Origin: Escherichia phage Snoke
Sequence record: MK931441.1
Length of the DNA: 44,454 nt
Reading direction: 5' to 3' (one strand)
In this document: piece by piece, positions 15,954-26,213 of the stretch
How positions within the stretch are numbered: position 1 is the first letter of the stretch
Layout: every line of letters begins with the position of its first letter
The notes under the pieces: generated by a model
Databases searched by the model: none
Told to the model about the DNA's origin: nothing
Seen by the model: only the letters and a program-made list of their open reading frames with translations
Made by a program: the position numbers and the translations under genes

Positions 15954-16318
15954 ACGCGTTGCTCCAGTTTGCCCGTTGGAACTTCATAACCCGCCACAAA
16001 CGGCGGGAGTTTGACAGTATCGCCGACGGGCATAAAGCCGCGCTAATTGCTATGGGGGTTATGCAAGACGCGCCGGAAGCAACGCAGGACACAGGGCCGG
16101 AATGCCCCCCTGAGCTATTAACCACCTTCGAGAAGTACAGGGAAATCAAATTCACCCGCCGAGTGGACGATGATGGCATCAAGATGTACCCGCGCGAACA
16201 GTTAAGATGGTCGGATTTAGTGGCATACAGCACCGTTTCAGGCCAGAATATAGGCATGTTCGAATCTGACATCATCATGAGCTTAGACGCTATTTTCGAG
16301 GGTAGAAACGATGGCTGA
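15926..16318 (+). CDS. tail assembly chaperone extension reached by -1 frameshift (GT-like product)
   Basis: -1 frame open from 15926; candidate slip site GGAAAAG (15944-15950) immediately before the G stop codon TAG. Confidence 0.4.
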   Translation, partial: TASPIAGKVDALLQFARWNFITRHKRREFDSIADGHKAALIAMGVMQDAPEATQDTGPECPPELLTTFEKYREIKFTRRVDDDGIKMYPREQLRWSDLVAYSTVSGQNIGMFESDIIMSLDAIFEGRNDG

Positions 16319-18647
16319 TGTAGCTAGTTTAGTTGTAAAGGTATCAGAGCAAGGCGCGAAAGCTACATCGGACCGTCTTGATAATCTCTCCAAGTCGGCA
16401 AAAGTAGCGGGGGCAGCCGTAGCCGGACTCGCTTCAATCGTCGCCGCGACAGCGTACAAGGCCGCACAGGAACTGGTAGACTCCCAACGGCAACTGGACA
16501 AGATGTCCGCCAGCCTGAAAACGCTAACCGGAAGCACGCAGGGGGCAAGACAGGCGTTAAGCATCCTGCAAGACTTCGCGCGCGACACTCCGTATGGCCT
16601 TGAACAGGCGGTAGAGGGATTCCGTAAACTGGTGGCTCTCGGCCTTACCCCCTCAGAAGAAGCGTTGCGCTCCTATGGCAACACTGCCGCTGCTATGGGT
16701 AAAGACCTTAATCAGATGATTGAGGCCGTTGCGGACGCCAGTACATTTGAATTTGAGCGCCTTAAAGAATTCGGCATCAAGGCCAAGCAGAACAAAAACG
16801 ATGTTGAATTTACATTCCAGGGCACCACTACGGTAGTTAAGAAGAGCGCTGCCGACATCGAGCAATACCTGCTCAACATTGGTAACGTAAACTTCGCGGG
16901 GGCTATGGCGGACCAGGCCAACACACTTAACGGCGCCATCGCCAGTGCCAGCGACTCATGGTCGCAGTTAAAAATGACACTGGCTACCAGCCTTGATGTT
17001 GGTGCTCTTGCGGAGCCTATCCGGTACATCGATGATTTAATCCAGGAACTTAACGCACAGGTAGCATCCGGCGAACTCGCTGCTGAGATGCGTATGTGGG
17101 GCGACATCGCGTCAGAAGTGGGAAGCGCGATAGCGATGTCGTTCGACGCGGCATTTGGTTTCGTAGGCGACGCAATAAACGGGCTGAATGAACTTTGGGA
17201 CTTTAGCAGTAAAAGTATCACCGATAGCGGTGAACAAACGGCGACAACCATCGCGGAATCAGCCGCCGATGCGCTCGATTTCATTGCGGAAGAATTTACC
17301 GCGATGGAGCGATTCTTTGAAGATATGGTTAAAGGGGCACAGGACGCTGGCCGGTTGGTGAAAGCTGCCTTCACACCAGGGGAATCTGTAGACGTAGCAA
17401 AAAACATTAACTTCCAGTTAGGGATGGCACTGGATACTCAGCGCGATGTTGCGGACCTGACCCGTAAAAGTTTCCGCGAACAGGTGGAGGCTCAGCAAAA
17501 TATTGTCGCGCTTAAACGCGCGGCATATGACATCGACAAAGAAGCCGCTAAGGGAGAAGGTCTTAGTAAATTTAAGGTAACTGGTACTGGTGGCGGATCC
17601 GAAGATGATAGCGCAGGTGCAAAAGCCGCTAAGAAAGCCGCAGATGCGTTCGAGCGCCAGAAGAAAGCCGCTGAGGATTTCTACTACCAGTCGATTCATC
17701 TCAATGATGACGTATTCCAGAAAATAGAAGCCAACCAGGAACAGCAGCTAACCAAGCTACAGGAGTTTTACGGCAATCAGCTTCTTAGCGACCAGCAATA
17801 CGAGAACGCTAAAACTCAGATTATGCTGGAGGCGGACACTGCACGTCAGGAAGAACTCGCCAAGCGAGAGAAAGAACGGCAGGAAAAGAACCAGAAAGGC
17901 GAGGACTTCATGGCTCAGATTATGGGTCAGAATGCCGCAGAGCTTGAGCTTTTGGAGATTCAGGAACAACAAAAACTTGACGTTGCAGACCGATATCGCG
18001 AACAGAACCTTATTAACGAGGAGCAGTACCAGGCTGCGGTTAATGCTATAAACGACCAGTATGCTTTGAAACGTGCCAACGCTACCGGTAACGCTTTCGG
18101 AATGATGGCGGATAACATGAAGGCCTCACTAGGGGAGGCGTCTGCCGCATACAAAGCGTTTGCCATTGCGCAGGCCACCATCGCCACATACACATCCGCC
18201 ATCGAGGCTTATAAATCTGCATCGGCTATCCCTATTGTTGGATGGGTGCTCGGGCCTGTAGCAGCAGCTACAGCGGTAGCGGCAGGTCTCGCTAACATCA
18301 GCAAGATTCGTTCGGCCCGTGAGCAGGGCGGTAACTTAGCCGCAGGTCAGTTATCTACTATCGCGGAACGTAACAAGCCAGAAGTTATTATGCCTGCAGG
18401 GGCGTCACGCGTACGTACCGCGGAACAGATGCGCCAGATTATGGGCGAGAACGGCAACAAGTCAGGCGGTGACAGCGTGACAATCGTCAACAACACCACC
18501 GGACGAGTTGATTCCGCCGTTACAGAGCGTGACGACGAAGGGCGGTTACGTGTTATCATCAGTGAAACAGTATCGGCGGCGTTACAAGACAGCAACAGTG
18601 CAATCTCCAAGTCCCGCCGGGCTACACGAAACCAGCCGGGGTATTAA
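16311..18647 (+). CDS. tail tape measure protein
   Basis: 778 aa, long helical A/E/K/Q-rich protein after chaperone pair. Confidence 0.85.
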   Translation: MADVASLVVKVSEQGAKATSDRLDNLSKSAKVAGAAVAGLASIVAATAYKAAQELVDSQRQLDKMSASLKTLTGSTQGARQALSILQDFARDTPYGLEQAVEGFRKLVALGLTPSEEALRSYGNTAAAMGKDLNQMIEAVADASTFEFERLKEFGIKAKQNKNDVEFTFQGTTTVVKKSAADIEQYLLNIGNVNFAGAMADQANTLNGAIASASDSWSQLKMTLATSLDVGALAEPIRYIDDLIQELNAQVASGELAAEMRMWGDIASEVGSAIAMSFDAAFGFVGDAINGLNELWDFSSKSITDSGEQTATTIAESAADALDFIAEEFTAMERFFEDMVKGAQDAGRLVKAAFTPGESVDVAKNINFQLGMALDTQRDVADLTRKSFREQVEAQQNIVALKRAAYDIDKEAAKGEGLSKFKVTGTGGGSEDDSAGAKAAKKAADAFERQKKAAEDFYYQSIHLNDDVFQKIEANQEQQLTKLQEFYGNQLLSDQQYENAKTQIMLEADTARQEELAKREKERQEKNQKGEDFMAQIMGQNAAELELLEIQEQQKLDVADRYREQNLINEEQYQAAVNAINDQYALKRANATGNAFGMMADNMKASLGEASAAYKAFAIAQATIATYTSAIEAYKSASAIPIVGWVLGPVAAATAVAAGLANISKIRSAREQGGNLAAGQLSTIAERNKPEVIMPAGASRVRTAEQMRQIMGENGNKSGGDSVTIVNNTTGRVDSAVTERDDEGRLRVIISETVSAALQDSNSAISKSRRATRNQPGY

Positions 18648-18650
18648 CCA

Positions 18651-20051
18651 ATGAGTGATTTGAGATTCCCTATGTCCCTTCGACCAATAGTGTCGAAGGG
18701 GTACTCCCAAACGCGAGGGAGTAATATCTGGCGTACAGAAGTGCAAGGTGGCGTACCGCGACAGGGGCGTGATACATACTTTGAGCCAGTGCCGATTAGC
18801 GTTACGCTCGTCGTATCGTCGCTCGGGCGACAGGCGTTCTATAGCTTCCTGAACAACATAGACGGCGGTGCGTCTTCATTTATCATGCCGCACGATACGG
18901 GTTTAGGTCTCGAAGACCACCAGGTACTTATTACGTCGGACATTAGCGACAGCACCGACGATGGTAAAAACTGGGTAATTACTTTCACAGCAACCGCGGA
19001 GCGGACTGCGATTCAGGAAGATACCTGCCTTACGAAGAATCTGCCAGATTTGTATGGTTGCTACGGGGATTGTCTGGGTAGTTTCCTGAAAATATACGCG
19101 AACTATGAGACTACGTTCCCGCGCATCTGGAGCGATGAAGGGCCTGCAGGATACCCGCCGATTAACCTTCTGGCGTCCGCCCTGGATAGCCGCATTGTGT
19201 ACGACGGGCCGCAGGTTTATTACATCAACCGCAACGGCAATCTTGTGCAATCAGCCACTAATGAATGGCCTCTAACATTTATTGATGGTGTTGCCGTTGG
19301 GCGTGTGCCGCCGGAGGTTGGTGGTCTAAACCTACTAAAAATGTCAGAGGACTTATCGGATCCCGTATGGGCGAAAACAAGGACTACTGTTACCTACGGT
19401 GGAACGCAAGACCCTACCGGCGGAACGGGCGCATCCAAACTAGTCCCAACAACAACCACTGGTACTCATAACGTTTTACAATTGATAACCCCGGAAGCAT
19501 CTACGGCATACACCTATTCTGTTTTTGTGAAAGCAAATGGGTACAATAATGCTCTTGTTCAGATCGGAGTATTTGCTAGTCAGGTGGCAAGTAATCCTGT
19601 TTATGTAGACCTATCTACGGGGGTGATAACATCAGCTAATGACTATTCAAGATGCGGTATAATAGCAGTAGGTGATGGCTGGTTTAGAGTATGGGTGCGA
19701 GTTATTACTAATTCCTCCCCGACAAGTATAAACGCGTCTGTGTGGGCCTCTGACGCTGCTAACAACACGTCTTTCCCAAGTGATGGTGTTAGTGCTATAT
19801 CAGTTTTTGGTGCCCAAATGGAGAAATCTACTAATTCATCGTCGTATATTAAAACCGAAGAAAATTTAATTACACGCCCTACAGCCTCGGCAAAAGTAGT
19901 AATGAGCGGAGCAACAAGCATCGACATTACATATTCCGACGACTCTGTGGTAAACGTTCCGTCTGTTGACGGTTATGCCTCCATACCCCAAGCGGATTCG
20001 GCGTGGGGTAGTAAATACATCACTCGTATCGACTTTAATGTGGACGGTTAA
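18651..20051 (+). CDS. distal tail / minor tail protein (putative)
   Basis: First gene after tape measure; 466 aa. Confidence 0.45.
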   Translation: MSDLRFPMSLRPIVSKGYSQTRGSNIWRTEVQGGVPRQGRDTYFEPVPISVTLVVSSLGRQAFYSFLNNIDGGASSFIMPHDTGLGLEDHQVLITSDISDSTDDGKNWVITFTATAERTAIQEDTCLTKNLPDLYGCYGDCLGSFLKIYANYETTFPRIWSDEGPAGYPPINLLASALDSRIVYDGPQVYYINRNGNLVQSATNEWPLTFIDGVAVGRVPPEVGGLNLLKMSEDLSDPVWAKTRTTVTYGGTQDPTGGTGASKLVPTTTTGTHNVLQLITPEASTAYTYSVFVKANGYNNALVQIGVFASQVASNPVYVDLSTGVITSANDYSRCGIIAVGDGWFRVWVRVITNSSPTSINASVWASDAANNTSFPSDGVSAISVFGAQMEKSTNSSSYIKTEENLITRPTASAKVVMSGATSIDITYSDDSVVNVPSVDGYASIPQADSAWGSKYITRIDFNVDG

Positions 20052-20054
20052 TTT

Positions 20055-20570
20055 ATGAGCCAGGAATCAGTAGAAGCTGCCTATCGCCGTAAGCTGGCCT
20101 CAAATCCCGACGGCGAAATTGACTACACGACGCTGGAGATAGTACACCCGCTTCTTTCAAAGCGGTATTTGCTTGTGCGCGGAACTTCCGACCTGACGGC
20201 GACGTTAGAGACCGGAGAAGTCGTAACGTTTGAGGCTACCCCTATGGAGGCTAAAGGGGCCGCCAACAATAACGACATGGACCAGCGGGCGTCGTTCGCA
20301 TTACCTGATATTGGTAACCAGTTAGATGATGAGATGGACAGGATACCGCCTGATAATACCGTGCTACCTAAATTCATATTCCGCCGTTTTGTTGGTACTG
20401 ATTTGTCTTACCCGGCTGACGGGCCTGTTGTGTACGAGTTGCAGTCGATAAACCAGGAAAAGGGGCTATTTACCGCCGACGTTGGCGTTCCTATGTTGAA
20501 CCAAAGGGCCACTGGTGAACTAATGACCCCTTCAGTAATCCCATTGTTACGGGGCGTTTTGTCCACATGA
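20055..20570 (+). CDS. minor tail protein (putative)
   Basis: Synteny in tail tip cluster. Confidence 0.4.
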   Translation: MSQESVEAAYRRKLASNPDGEIDYTTLEIVHPLLSKRYLLVRGTSDLTATLETGEVVTFEATPMEAKGAANNNDMDQRASFALPDIGNQLDDEMDRIPPDNTVLPKFIFRRFVGTDLSYPADGPVVYELQSINQEKGLFTADVGVPMLNQRATGELMTPSVIPLLRGVLST

Positions 20571-20932
20571 ATATTAATTCTTATACAGGGTTGCCGTACG
20601 ACTTTCGCCGTCGTAATTGCTGGCACCATGTCCGTAACGTTCGTGCGGATGTAGGCCTCTTTACGCCTGAGTTTAACGTCGCTTCGCCAACACAGATTAA
20701 CGACGCCTTCGAAGAAGGCCATAAAGATACTAAAGGCCTTGTACGCGTAGAAACTCCGCAAAACTTCGATGCCGTGCTGATGGCAACACGGCACAGAAAC
20801 CGTGTAATCTGGCACGCCGGAGTATACTATGACGGTATGGTTAGTCATTGCGAGCTGGCGAGTCGCCAGGTACGGTTAGACCGTCTGGAAGACTTGCGCG
20901 AAACTTATGCGGAGATAGAATTTTGGCGCTGA
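20567..20932 (+). CDS. tail assembly protein, NlpC/P60-like (K-like, putative)
   Basis: Cys-His pair in NCWHHVRNV and later H residues; position between minor tail and tip genes. Confidence 0.4.
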   Translation: MNINSYTGLPYDFRRRNCWHHVRNVRADVGLFTPEFNVASPTQINDAFEEGHKDTKGLVRVETPQNFDAVLMATRHRNRVIWHAGVYYDGMVSHCELASRQVRLDRLEDLRETYAEIEFWR

Positions 20933-23478
20933 CATTACATTACACCCGTAACGAAGACGGTACTTTCGACCGCGAACGGCACAACGTACCGCCGATGGAA
21001 TACGTCGTCGCTAACATCCCCGACGGGGTGCCTGTACGTATTTACCGTGGCGAGATCGGCGAGGACACGGAAGTAACTGAAGATTTCGAAGCGCTGAAAG
21101 AAGACGATGTTTTCCATATTATCGAAGGCGCTGGTGGCGGTGGCGGTTTTCTGGGTAAACTCCTGGACCCTTTGGGTGTGCTTAAATTTGTTACCAAGTT
21201 GATTTCTCCGTCGCAGAAAACGCCTAAAACGAGTTTAGCGAACCAGCAGGCTGAGTCCCCCAACAACAGCCTGACGGACCGAAACAATAAACCCCGTCCA
21301 TATGAACGGTCGTATGATATTTGCGGCAGAGTCCAGACTATCCCTAATGACCTCATGACTACCTATAAAATATTCGATGAATCTGGTCGCATTATTGAAT
21401 ACGGATACTACGATGCCGGTCGTGGGTATCTGGACATCAAGGCCGAAGATATTACCGACGGCGATACTAAGGTACAGGAGATTACGGGGGCCTCTGTCGC
21501 GGTGTACGCGCCGTTTACATCCCCCAACAATACAAATACCCCGCAGCTTCTGGTGGGGGAACCTATCAATCATAATCTTTATATAACTATCGCGTCTAAT
21601 GAAGTAAATGGAGCCGTTCTTAAAGCCCAGAACGATATTCGGGTCAACCCAAGCGACACGGGCCGCGTGAGATATGACTCTGCTACAAAAATTGGATACC
21701 TGTATGACGACACGGGGGATTCTGGCTTCGCGGAAATATTATCTGTTGGTGACACCGCGTCGTTCAATAACTTTGACGTTCCGGACGTAACAAATACCAA
21801 CGGCAACTTTCGTGTTCTTTATGTCGATAACTTCGAGCTGCGGGTCGACACCGGCGGCGCGTCTAATTGGGCTGCTTTAGGCCCAACCACCTATTCACTT
21901 TCCCAGAGAAGTGACACGTGGGTAGGCCCCGTGGATACGTATGAAAGAACATTAACCGACTGGACCACCTTAAACCGCCTGGAAGTTGAACGCGTAGTAG
22001 CCAACATCGCTGCCGCTAACGGTATGTATAAAGACAACGGCAGTAAATTGCGTACGTCGGTAACTATTGAACTCCAATACCAACTACTCGATGAAACCGG
22101 TGCCCCATACGGGAGTATCTATTCAAAACAGGCCGTTATATCTGGTCGGTCCGCCGACTACACCGGAGTTACTATTTACGCCGACTTGCCCATGAGGTCG
22201 AAAGTTAGGGTACGTGCCCGTCGTGTTACCAACCTGGACCTTGATTTCGAGGGCACCGTGGTAGACGAGGTTTCCTATATCAACCTTTACGGTCAGGTCC
22301 GTGACACTACGCCACATTACGGCAATCGTACTACCGTACACTCGGCACGTAAGCAGACGCCGCGGGCCGCAGAGATTAAGCAACCACAGTTACGTATGGT
22401 CGCCACAGAGATGGTGTACAAATACCTCGGTAATGGTGTATTCGACACCGTAATGACACCGAATACTCAGGCCATTCAATCATTAATACGTCTCGCCCGT
22501 GACCCAGTAGTAGGTAATCTCAACCTAACAACATCCAATATGGACAAGTTGTTAGCGACTCAGACCGAGATTGAGAATTATTTCGGTAACGTGGAGGCGG
22601 GTCAATTCTGCTACACTTTTGACGACTATAAAATGACCATGCAGGATATCATCAGCACAATAGCCGATGCTATTTTCTGCACTCCATATCGTAAAGGGCA
22701 AGACATATTACTGGATTTCGAGCGCCCGCGTATGGGGCCGGAAATGGTATTCACACATCGAAGTAAGACAACAGCTTCGGAAAAGTGGACGCGCACATTC
22801 AACGACGCTCAGGTATACGATAGTCTTAAGTTCTCCTACATCGACCCAGATACTAACGTAAAAGAGACCATCAGCATTCCCGCCGAGGGCGGTGTTAACA
22901 CAGAAACGTATGACTCTAAAGGTATACGTAATTATCGTCAGGCGTACTGGGCGGCGTACCGTCGGTACCAGAAGAACCTGTTGAAGAAGGTGACGGTATC
23001 ATTCACGGCGACAGAAGAAGGGGTTTTTGTGCTTCCAGGACGGGCAATAAGCGTAGTTAAAGGCTCGCGAGTAGCACCTCAAGATGGTTATGTCGTTGCC
23101 GTTAATGGGCTTACCCTTACTCTTTCTCAGCCGGTTACGTTTACTCCGGGTGATGACCACTCACTGATTCTTAAGAAGAGAGACGGCGGAGTTCAAAGTG
23201 TTGCTGTTGTGCCTGGAAGCCACGACCGTGAAGTGGTTATGCTCTCTGCGCCTCAAGAGGCGATATACACAGGGAATAGCGCACTAAAAACTGAGTTTTC
23301 ATTCGGTAACGAAGCAAGGCATAATGCTCAGATGATTCTTGTTTCTACAGTTGACCCCGGAGACGACAGAACGGTTAAGATTACCGGGATTAACTATGAA
23401 GCAGATTTCTATAAATACGACGGCGTCGCGCCATACGGCAGCGGTTTCTCCGACGGATTCAGCGATGGTTTTAATTAA
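20848..23478 (+). CDS. tail tip / host specificity protein (J-like; start uncertain)
   Basis: 876-aa ORF; Gly-run GGGGGFLGKLL near N-terminus; overlaps upstream gene by 85 nt so true start is probably internal. Confidence 0.55.
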   Translation: MRAGESPGTVRPSGRLARNLCGDRILALTLHYTRNEDGTFDRERHNVPPMEYVVANIPDGVPVRIYRGEIGEDTEVTEDFEALKEDDVFHIIEGAGGGGGFLGKLLDPLGVLKFVTKLISPSQKTPKTSLANQQAESPNNSLTDRNNKPRPYERSYDICGRVQTIPNDLMTTYKIFDESGRIIEYGYYDAGRGYLDIKAEDITDGDTKVQEITGASVAVYAPFTSPNNTNTPQLLVGEPINHNLYITIASNEVNGAVLKAQNDIRVNPSDTGRVRYDSATKIGYLYDDTGDSGFAEILSVGDTASFNNFDVPDVTNTNGNFRVLYVDNFELRVDTGGASNWAALGPTTYSLSQRSDTWVGPVDTYERTLTDWTTLNRLEVERVVANIAAANGMYKDNGSKLRTSVTIELQYQLLDETGAPYGSIYSKQAVISGRSADYTGVTIYADLPMRSKVRVRARRVTNLDLDFEGTVVDEVSYINLYGQVRDTTPHYGNRTTVHSARKQTPRAAEIKQPQLRMVATEMVYKYLGNGVFDTVMTPNTQAIQSLIRLARDPVVGNLNLTTSNMDKLLATQTEIENYFGNVEAGQFCYTFDDYKMTMQDIISTIADAIFCTPYRKGQDILLDFERPRMGPEMVFTHRSKTTASEKWTRTFNDAQVYDSLKFSYIDPDTNVKETISIPAEGGVNTETYDSKGIRNYRQAYWAAYRRYQKNLLKKVTVSFTATEEGVFVLPGRAISVVKGSRVAPQDGYVVAVNGLTLTLSQPVTFTPGDDHSLILKKRDGGVQSVAVVPGSHDREVVMLSAPQEAIYTGNSALKTEFSFGNEARHNAQMILVSTVDPGDDRTVKITGINYEADFYKYDGVAPYGSGFSDGFSDGFN

Positions 23479-23490
23479 AGAGGACTCTAT

Positions 23491-25863
23491 ATGTCAAGCG
23501 GATGCGGTGACGTTTTAAGCCTGGCGGATTTACAAACCGCCAAGAAGCACCAGATTTTCGAAGCCGAGGTTATTACCGGTAAATCCGGCGGCGTAACCGG
23601 TGGTGCGGATATCGATTATGCGACCAACGCGGTTACTGGTCAGATGCAGAAGACTCTCCCTGCCGTGTTGCGAGATGCGGGGTTCTTCCCGGCATCTTTT
23701 GATTTCACTACCGGCGGGACATTATCGGCTACAGACCGCAATAAGGTCGTTTATGACCCAGTAAGCATGGCCTGGTATTCATGGGGCGGTTCTTTACCAA
23801 AGGTTGTCCCCGCGGAAACTAACCCGTTACTGGACACAAATTGGAAACCGCAAACAGACCCGAATCTACGCAATGACCTTGAAAATGGCATGTACAGAAC
23901 GGACGCAACCGCCGTTAAATATGTTCCTGGGGTGGTTATAAACAGCACAACAGATAACCGGGCCGCATTGTATGCATTCCCTGGCAAAGTTTATATCCCA
24001 AAAGACGTCCAGCTACGCTGTAATTTCCTGCCAGATGATGATGTAACAAAATTTACTGGTGAAGGAAAAATTCTCACGCGCGACCCATGGGGTAACGAGC
24101 ACATTTTCGACGTTTCACTGGCAACTCATGGGAGCAAATACACTGCATTCAACGTAATAAACCAGTTCGCTCGCCGCAATACGCGATGTCGTGTTGGTAT
24201 CATTGGTGACTCAATCACAGACGGCGCATACGGAACCGACTGGGTAGCCAACCCAACTGATTCAAACGGGGACCTTTCTTCGACTAATTACGACCACAAT
24301 GGCAATGGTGGCGCAGGTTCCTGGTTCCGTACCTTCACGGACTGGCTTAACCAATTTACAAAAAATGGTGCTTTCATCTTTAAAGCAGAAAACTGCGCAT
24401 CTTCTGGAAAGCGACTTATTGACGGGTGGGCTAATCGTAATTTCGACCATGGCTTTTTCAAAAACACTGCATACGGGAATGTTCCACCGGATGTCTGCTT
24501 TATGTCTATGGGCGTTAACGATAACGGCCAACTGGATACGTTAGGGTTCGATCAGTACTTATTCCGTTTTGAGCAGTTTATCCGTAAAGCATGGGGCTAT
24601 GGATGTGCTGTCTGCGTTGTTTCAATGAACCAGAATGGCTCACAATGGGCGGCTCTCGAGGCATCAATCAAGAAGCATATTGAACGCCTGTTCCCCGCGG
24701 TAGAGTTCCTCGATCTCTCTCAGGCAGTAACTGAGATGTACAGAGATGTCGGTAGCTACACCTTAGAAGAAATTTGCCGTCGTCCTACCGATGGCTCTTT
24801 CGACTACACGCACTTTGCGCCCCTTGGTCACCAATATATTGGCGCTTATGCCGCGACCAAGGTTATGCCTTATCGCGTCCATAAGGCCGCAAAAGGGAAT
24901 AATTTCCTGCCTGTGTCGCCTAACGATATCCAACCATTCGGGTACCCTTCCGGCAGTACATATGACGTTTCTATGGAGCGACTTAGCGGAAATTCATACC
25001 TGAATGGGCTTACCGGATGGGGCGTGGTTAAGCCCGCTACTGAAAATTTAACCATACGATATTTTGTCTGGTGTGATACTTCTGATATATCAATGGTTAT
25101 TTTTGAGCCATATAACCCTACTTACATTGGTTCCGGGCGCGCAAATACTGTATCAATACGCCAACAAGATACCCGTAATACAGCATATATCTCCGGTAAT
25201 ATCGCGAGTAATGGCGTCTCATCGTTTACGAACAAACTCACCACACGAACTGGGATCCTTAGAAAAGGACTGAATAAGATTGAGATTGTTTACGATGGTA
25301 CGCCGTCGAAAGTATACCCTCCCGCTCTGTTATTCAGAGGAGAGCTGAACGAATCATGTTCTCAAAACACCTCTGTATACTTGGCTGCAAATGCGATAAA
25401 GGGTGTTTACGGTCAATTAAGGGATAAAGCTGATTTGTTATTGTCATATGCGGCTGAAACCGCAAATGATGAAGCGCCGGATATGTACGGCGCTACTAAG
25501 TCATCAAATGTTCAAAATGTTGTCCTGTCAGCTTTGCCCGTTGATTGTGGTGTTGTTTTTTACTACAAACCCACGTCACAAAGTGGAGTTGTCGCCAAGC
25601 GAGTGGCGACTGGCATCGAGATCTCGACGATGCTTTTTGGCGCACTTACTGTTATCGGCACCTTGACTTGCGATGTGACCGGCGAAGTCATGCTCACAGC
25701 CGGCCTGGCACCTTCAGTACCTACAATAACAGTTAAACCCACTACCGGCGGCACTGTTCAACAAACTGTTACTGGTCACTCTGGCGGCAAGATAGCCCTG
25801 ATTAACAAGGGGGCTTCCGGTAACACAATAACGGTTAAATCTTCATCTCAATTCGTCATTTAA
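23491..25863 (+). CDS. tailspike / tail fiber with SGNH (GDSL) esterase domain
   Basis: SGNH blocks GIIGDSITDG (catalytic Ser), GVNDN, DYTHFAPLGH (Asp-His) at about 24180-24840; last gene of virion module. Confidence 0.7.
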   Translation: MSSGCGDVLSLADLQTAKKHQIFEAEVITGKSGGVTGGADIDYATNAVTGQMQKTLPAVLRDAGFFPASFDFTTGGTLSATDRNKVVYDPVSMAWYSWGGSLPKVVPAETNPLLDTNWKPQTDPNLRNDLENGMYRTDATAVKYVPGVVINSTTDNRAALYAFPGKVYIPKDVQLRCNFLPDDDVTKFTGEGKILTRDPWGNEHIFDVSLATHGSKYTAFNVINQFARRNTRCRVGIIGDSITDGAYGTDWVANPTDSNGDLSSTNYDHNGNGGAGSWFRTFTDWLNQFTKNGAFIFKAENCASSGKRLIDGWANRNFDHGFFKNTAYGNVPPDVCFMSMGVNDNGQLDTLGFDQYLFRFEQFIRKAWGYGCAVCVVSMNQNGSQWAALEASIKKHIERLFPAVEFLDLSQAVTEMYRDVGSYTLEEICRRPTDGSFDYTHFAPLGHQYIGAYAATKVMPYRVHKAAKGNNFLPVSPNDIQPFGYPSGSTYDVSMERLSGNSYLNGLTGWGVVKPATENLTIRYFVWCDTSDISMVIFEPYNPTYIGSGRANTVSIRQQDTRNTAYISGNIASNGVSSFTNKLTTRTGILRKGLNKIEIVYDGTPSKVYPPALLFRGELNESCSQNTSVYLAANAIKGVYGQLRDKADLLLSYAAETANDEAPDMYGATKSSNVQNVVLSALPVDCGVVFYYKPTSQSGVVAKRVATGIEISTMLFGALTVIGTLTCDVTGEVMLTAGLAPSVPTITVKPTTGGTVQQTVTGHSGGKIALINKGASGNTITVKSSSQFVI

Positions 25864-25867
25864 ATAC

Positions 25868-25893
25868 AAAAGGCCCCGAAAGGGGCCTTTTCT
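25868..25893. terminator. bidirectional intrinsic terminator between convergent modules
   Basis: AAA-AGGCCCC-GAAA-GGGGCCT-TTTCTC. Confidence 0.75.
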
Positions 25894-26027
25894 CTACTTT
25901 TCTAATAACTTCTCCAGTACAAACGCCAGTTGCGCATTGGCGGCGTCTCTCTGCTGCCGTAGTCGTAGAACCTCCTCTTCGAGTCCCTTGATACGTTTTT
26001 GCAATGCTGGAATCGGGGCTGTGATGT

Positions 26028-26213
26028 TCATTTCTTACCTTCGCTTTTCTTGAAACTGCGCTTTATGTCCGGCAGCGTGTAGCATCGTGACTTTTCGTAT
26101 TTACCGTCCGAGCTTACCAAAACAAAGCTGTTGCCGTCTTTCGATATGTACTCGATGGTGAAAGTATTGAATGAGTGTATGCTGTATATTTCATCGTCAA
26201 CATTAAGTTTCAT
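26028..26213 (-). CDS. hypothetical protein
   Basis: ORF from track at end of minus-strand operon. Confidence 0.3.
   Translation of the reverse strand: MKLNVDDEIYSIHSFNTFTIEYISKDGNSFVLVSSDGKYEKSRCYTLPDIKRSFKKSEGKK

Noticed and set aside
16712-17407. 231-aa minus-strand ORF inside the tape measure gene
   Set aside because: Antisense shadow; low-complexity A/S-rich translation.
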